Shown here: one piece after another, positions 61,245-64,000 of the stretch
How positions within the stretch are numbered: position 1 is the stretch's first letter
Layout: each line of letters starts with the position of its first letter
DNA from: Caulobacterales bacterium
Lineage (GTDB): Bacteria > Pseudomonadota > Alphaproteobacteria > Caulobacterales > Caulobacteraceae
Direction of reading: 5' to 3'
NCBI GenBank assembly: GCA_038206535.1
Contig: JBBRAV010000009.1
Location: 48,638 to 112,637, forward strand
DNA length: 64,000 bases
Translations under genes and position numbers: made by a program
Notes under the pieces: model-generated
Database searches by the model: none
Told to the model about the DNA's origin: nothing
What the model saw: only the letters and a program-made list of their open reading frames with translations

Positions 61245-63293
61245 TTGAGCATCAGAACAGCCGCCATCGCAGCCATGCTGTTGCTCGCGGCGTCGGCGGC
61301 CCTCGCCGCGCCGATCTCCGATGAGCCCTCCCGTGTCTTCGAGGCGAAGGACGTATTCTCCCTCCGCTCCGCGGATGACCCCCGCATCCGGCCCGACGGC
61401 GCCCAGATCGTCTATGTGCGACGCGCCTACGACATCATGACCGACCGCGCGGCTCGCTCCTTGTGGCTGGTCGACGTCGCCAGCGGCGCCCAGACCCCGC
61501 TGGCGGAGGGCCCGTCAGCCGGCAGCCCTCGCTGGTCGCCGGATGGAACGCGCCTGGCCTATGTCGCCCTCGCCGACGGCGCGCCGCAGCTGTTCGTGCG
61601 CTGGATGGCCAGCGGCGCCACCGCCAGGGTCGCGACCCTGCCCCAGGCGCCGCACGACATCGCCTGGTCGCCGGATGGCAGGTCGCTGGCCTTCCTCGAA
61701 TTCGCGCCCGCGGAGGCGGCAACTCTCGGCGAAGCGGTCGCCAAGCCCGAGGGCGCCCGATGGGCCGAGCCGATCAAGGTCATCGACAAGGTCACCTTTC
61801 GCGCCGACGACGATGGCTATCTGAAGCCAGGCCACGACCACGTCTGGATCGTCGGCGCCGACGGCGGCGCGCCGCGCCAGCTGACCTTCGGCGACTTCGA
61901 CGACGGCGGCTCGCTGTCGTTCACCCCCGACGGGCGCTTCATCCTGTTCAGCGCCAACCGCGACAAGGGCTGGGAGCGTCAGCCCACCCAGTCGGACATC
62001 TGGCAGGTCGCCGTCGACGACGGGGCCGTGACGCAGCTGACCCACGTCGCCGGCCCGGCCGGCGATCCGGTCGCCTCGCCGGACGGGCGGCAGATCGCCT
62101 ATGTCGGCTTCGTCGACGCCCACAAGCCCTACCAGGACAGCCGCGTCTATCTGATCGACCGCAACGGCGGGCCGCCGCGCTCGCTGACCGACCGCCTCGA
62201 TCGCCCGGTCCACGCGGTCCGCTGGTCGGCCGATGGCAGGAGCCTGTTCATCGAATATTCCGACCGCGGCGAGACCAAGGTCGCCAGGCTCGGTCTCGAC
62301 GGCGAGCTGCGCGACATCGTCTCCGGCCTCGCCCCCGGCGGCGGCCTCGACCGCCCCTACACCGGCGGCGCCTTCTCGGTGTCGAAGGCCGGCGTCGTCG
62401 CCTTCACCCAGGGCGACGCGACCCACCCGGCCGACCTGGCGGTCACGACGCCCGGCGGCGCGCGCCGGCTCACCGACCTCAACGCCGACCTGCTGCATGG
62501 CAAGACCCTCGGGCGCCTCATCGCCCTTCCGGTCGCCTCCTCGCACGACGGCCTGGCCATCGACGCCTGGCGCCTGGATCCGCCGACTTACGATCCGGCC
62601 CGCAAGTATCCGCTGATCCTGGAGATCCACGGGGGACCCTACGCCGCCTACGGGCCGCTGTGGACATCGGACGATCAGCTGTACGCCGCCGCCGGCTATG
62701 TCGTCGCCTACGCAAATCCGCGCGGGTCGACGGGGTATGGCCAGGCCTTCGCCGACGGCATAGCCCACAACTATCCCGGCTACGACTTCGACGACCTGAT
62801 GAGCGTCGTCGACGCGGCCATCGCGAAGGGCGGCGTCGACGCAAACAATCTCTACGTCACCGGCGGGTCGGGCGGGGGCCTGATGACCGCCTGGATCGTC
62901 GGCACGACCGATCGATTCCGCGCCGGCGCCGCGCAGAAGCCGGTGATCAACTGGGTCAGCGAGACCCTGACCACCGACGGCTATGACTACATGGGCCCCT
63001 ACTGGCTGGGCGCGACCCCATGGGACGATCCGGACATCTACTGGAAGCACTCGCCGCTCTCGCGAATCGGCCACGTGAAGACCCCGACCCTGGTCATGGT
63101 CGGCGAAGAGGATCACCGCACCCCGCCCAGCGAAGCCGAGCAGTTCTACGCCGGCCTGCAGCTGCGCGCGGTGCCGACGGCGCTGATCCGCGTCCCCGGC
63201 GCCTCGCACGAGGCCTATGCCGAGCGGCCCTCGCAAAACACCGCCGAGGTTTCGGCCATCCTCGCCTGGTTCGACCGCTACAAGGCGAAGTAG
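61245..63293 (+). CDS. S9 family serine peptidase (beta-propeller + prolyl-oligopeptidase-type catalytic domain), exported
   Basis: TTG at 61245 preceded by GGAG. (M)SIRTAAIAAMLLLAASAALA signal peptide, SPDG/TPDG propeller repeats, nucleophile GGSGGG, and GEEDHRTP and PGASHE for the catalytic Asp/His. ATG 61275 is an alternative start. Confidence 0.88.
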   Translation: MSIRTAAIAAMLLLAASAALAAPISDEPSRVFEAKDVFSLRSADDPRIRPDGAQIVYVRRAYDIMTDRAARSLWLVDVASGAQTPLAEGPSAGSPRWSPDGTRLAYVALADGAPQLFVRWMASGATARVATLPQAPHDIAWSPDGRSLAFLEFAPAEAATLGEAVAKPEGARWAEPIKVIDKVTFRADDDGYLKPGHDHVWIVGADGGAPRQLTFGDFDDGGSLSFTPDGRFILFSANRDKGWERQPTQSDIWQVAVDDGAVTQLTHVAGPAGDPVASPDGRQIAYVGFVDAHKPYQDSRVYLIDRNGGPPRSLTDRLDRPVHAVRWSADGRSLFIEYSDRGETKVARLGLDGELRDIVSGLAPGGGLDRPYTGGAFSVSKAGVVAFTQGDATHPADLAVTTPGGARRLTDLNADLLHGKTLGRLIALPVASSHDGLAIDAWRLDPPTYDPARKYPLILEIHGGPYAAYGPLWTSDDQLYAAAGYVVAYANPRGSTGYGQAFADGIAHNYPGYDFDDLMSVVDAAIAKGGVDANNLYVTGGSGGGLMTAWIVGTTDRFRAGAAQKPVINWVSETLTTDGYDYMGPYWLGATPWDDPDIYWKHSPLSRIGHVKTPTLVMVGEEDHRTPPSEAEQFYAGLQLRAVPTALIRVPGASHEAYAERPSQNTAEVSAILAWFDRYKAK

Positions 63294-63315
63294 CGGCCAT
63301 TTCCCCGGGCGTGGT

Positions 63316-64000
63316 TCAGACGATGGACCGCACCACGCCGCCGTCCACGCGGAGGGCCGCCCCCGTCGTCCCTGACGCCTGTTCCGAACAGGCGTAGACG
63401 ACCAGGTTCGCCACCTCCTCGCAGCTGGTGAACCGGCCGAGCAGGGAGCTTGGCCGCATGGTGCGCAGGAATTCCTTTTCCGCCGCCAGCTGCGTCATCG
63501 TCCCGCCGGCGGTCATGGCGTCGATGATCTTCATCACCACTTCGGACCGCGTCGGCCCGGGCAGGACGGAATTGACCGTGACGCCCGTCTCCGCCACGAT
63601 TTCGGCCAGCCCGCGCGCGATCGCCAGCTGTGATGCCTTGCTCCAGCCGTAGTCGATCATATCCCTGGGGATGTTCACGCCCGACTCGCTGGAGATGAAC
63701 ACCACCCGCCCCCAGCCGCGCGCGACCATGCCGCCCAGATAGTGGCGCGACATCCGCACCCCGCTCATCACGTTTGTCTCGAACATCATCTGCCACTGGT
63801 CGTCGTCGATCTGGTCGAACGGCTTGGGCGCGGCGACGCCCAGGTTGTTGACCAGTATGTCGGCCTCGCCCACGCGCGTCGTGAAGGCCGCCACGCCCGC
63901 CGCGCTCGCCAGGTCGTCGGCCACCCCTACCAGTTGCGCGCCTGGAACCGCCGTCCGGATCGAGGCCATCGCCGCCTCGACCCGCGCCTGGCCACGGCCG
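63316..64000 (-). CDS. SDR family oxidoreductase (N-terminus beyond window end)
   Basis: The frame stays open upstream of the ORF-track ATG to the window edge. Catalytic ISSESG...YGWSKAS (S...YxxxK), NSVLPGPT, and C-terminal LRVDGG. Confidence 0.85.
   Translation of the reverse strand, partial: GRGQARVEAAMASIRTAVPGAQLVGVADDLASAAGVAAFTTRVGEADILVNNLGVAAPKPFDQIDDDQWQMMFETNVMSGVRMSRHYLGGMVARGWGRVVFISSESGVNIPRDMIDYGWSKASQLAIARGLAEIVAETGVTVNSVLPGPTRSEVVMKIIDAMTAGGTMTQLAAEKEFLRTMRPSSLLGRFTSCEEVANLVVYACSEQASGTTGAALRVDGGVVRSIV

Overview
High-G+C alphaproteobacterial (Hyphomicrobiales/Rhizobiales-like) core chromosome, densely packed with about 62 protein-coding genes. I found no rRNA, tRNA, CRISPR array, transposase, integrase or prophage genes. 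Family names come from motifs I recognise in the translations. No database search was run.

Gene content:
- Chaperones: dnaK-dnaJ behind a textbook RpoH promoter, and clpB.
- Cell-cycle regulators: dnaA and ctrA.
- Translation and repair: rpsT, mutM, alkB, mnmA, prmC.
- Ubiquinone synthesis: ubiE-ubiB and ubiG.
- Metabolism: coaBC-dut, dapB, maeB, lysC-ptsP(EI-Ntr), and rodZ-like-ispG.
- A conserved methyltransferase/comF/grxC/nitrilase-like/DUF1178 block.
- Respiration: a complete ccoNOQP-fixGHIS (cbb3 oxidase) cluster behind a perfect FNR/FixK box.
- Assorted hydrolases, peptidases and envelope proteins.

Many adjacent genes have overlapping stop and start codons (ATGA, GTGA, TTGA), which suggests translational coupling. 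The ORF track contains many long spurious ORFs antisense to real genes, as expected at this G+C content.

I did not find a convincing novel multi-gene system. The items most worth a second look are:
- A secreted Gly/His/Tyr-rich tandem-repeat protein (39281-39796).
- A GC-rich double-hairpin REP/MITE-like element present in three copies, two of them as an inverted pair.
- A small Cys-motif membrane ORF divergent from ccoN that shares the FixK box.
- CtrA/CcrM-type motifs in the ctrA promoter.
- A C9 homopolymer inside a lipoprotein gene.
- A frameshifted alpha/beta hydrolase.
- A block of uncharacterised exported proteins just downstream of fixS.
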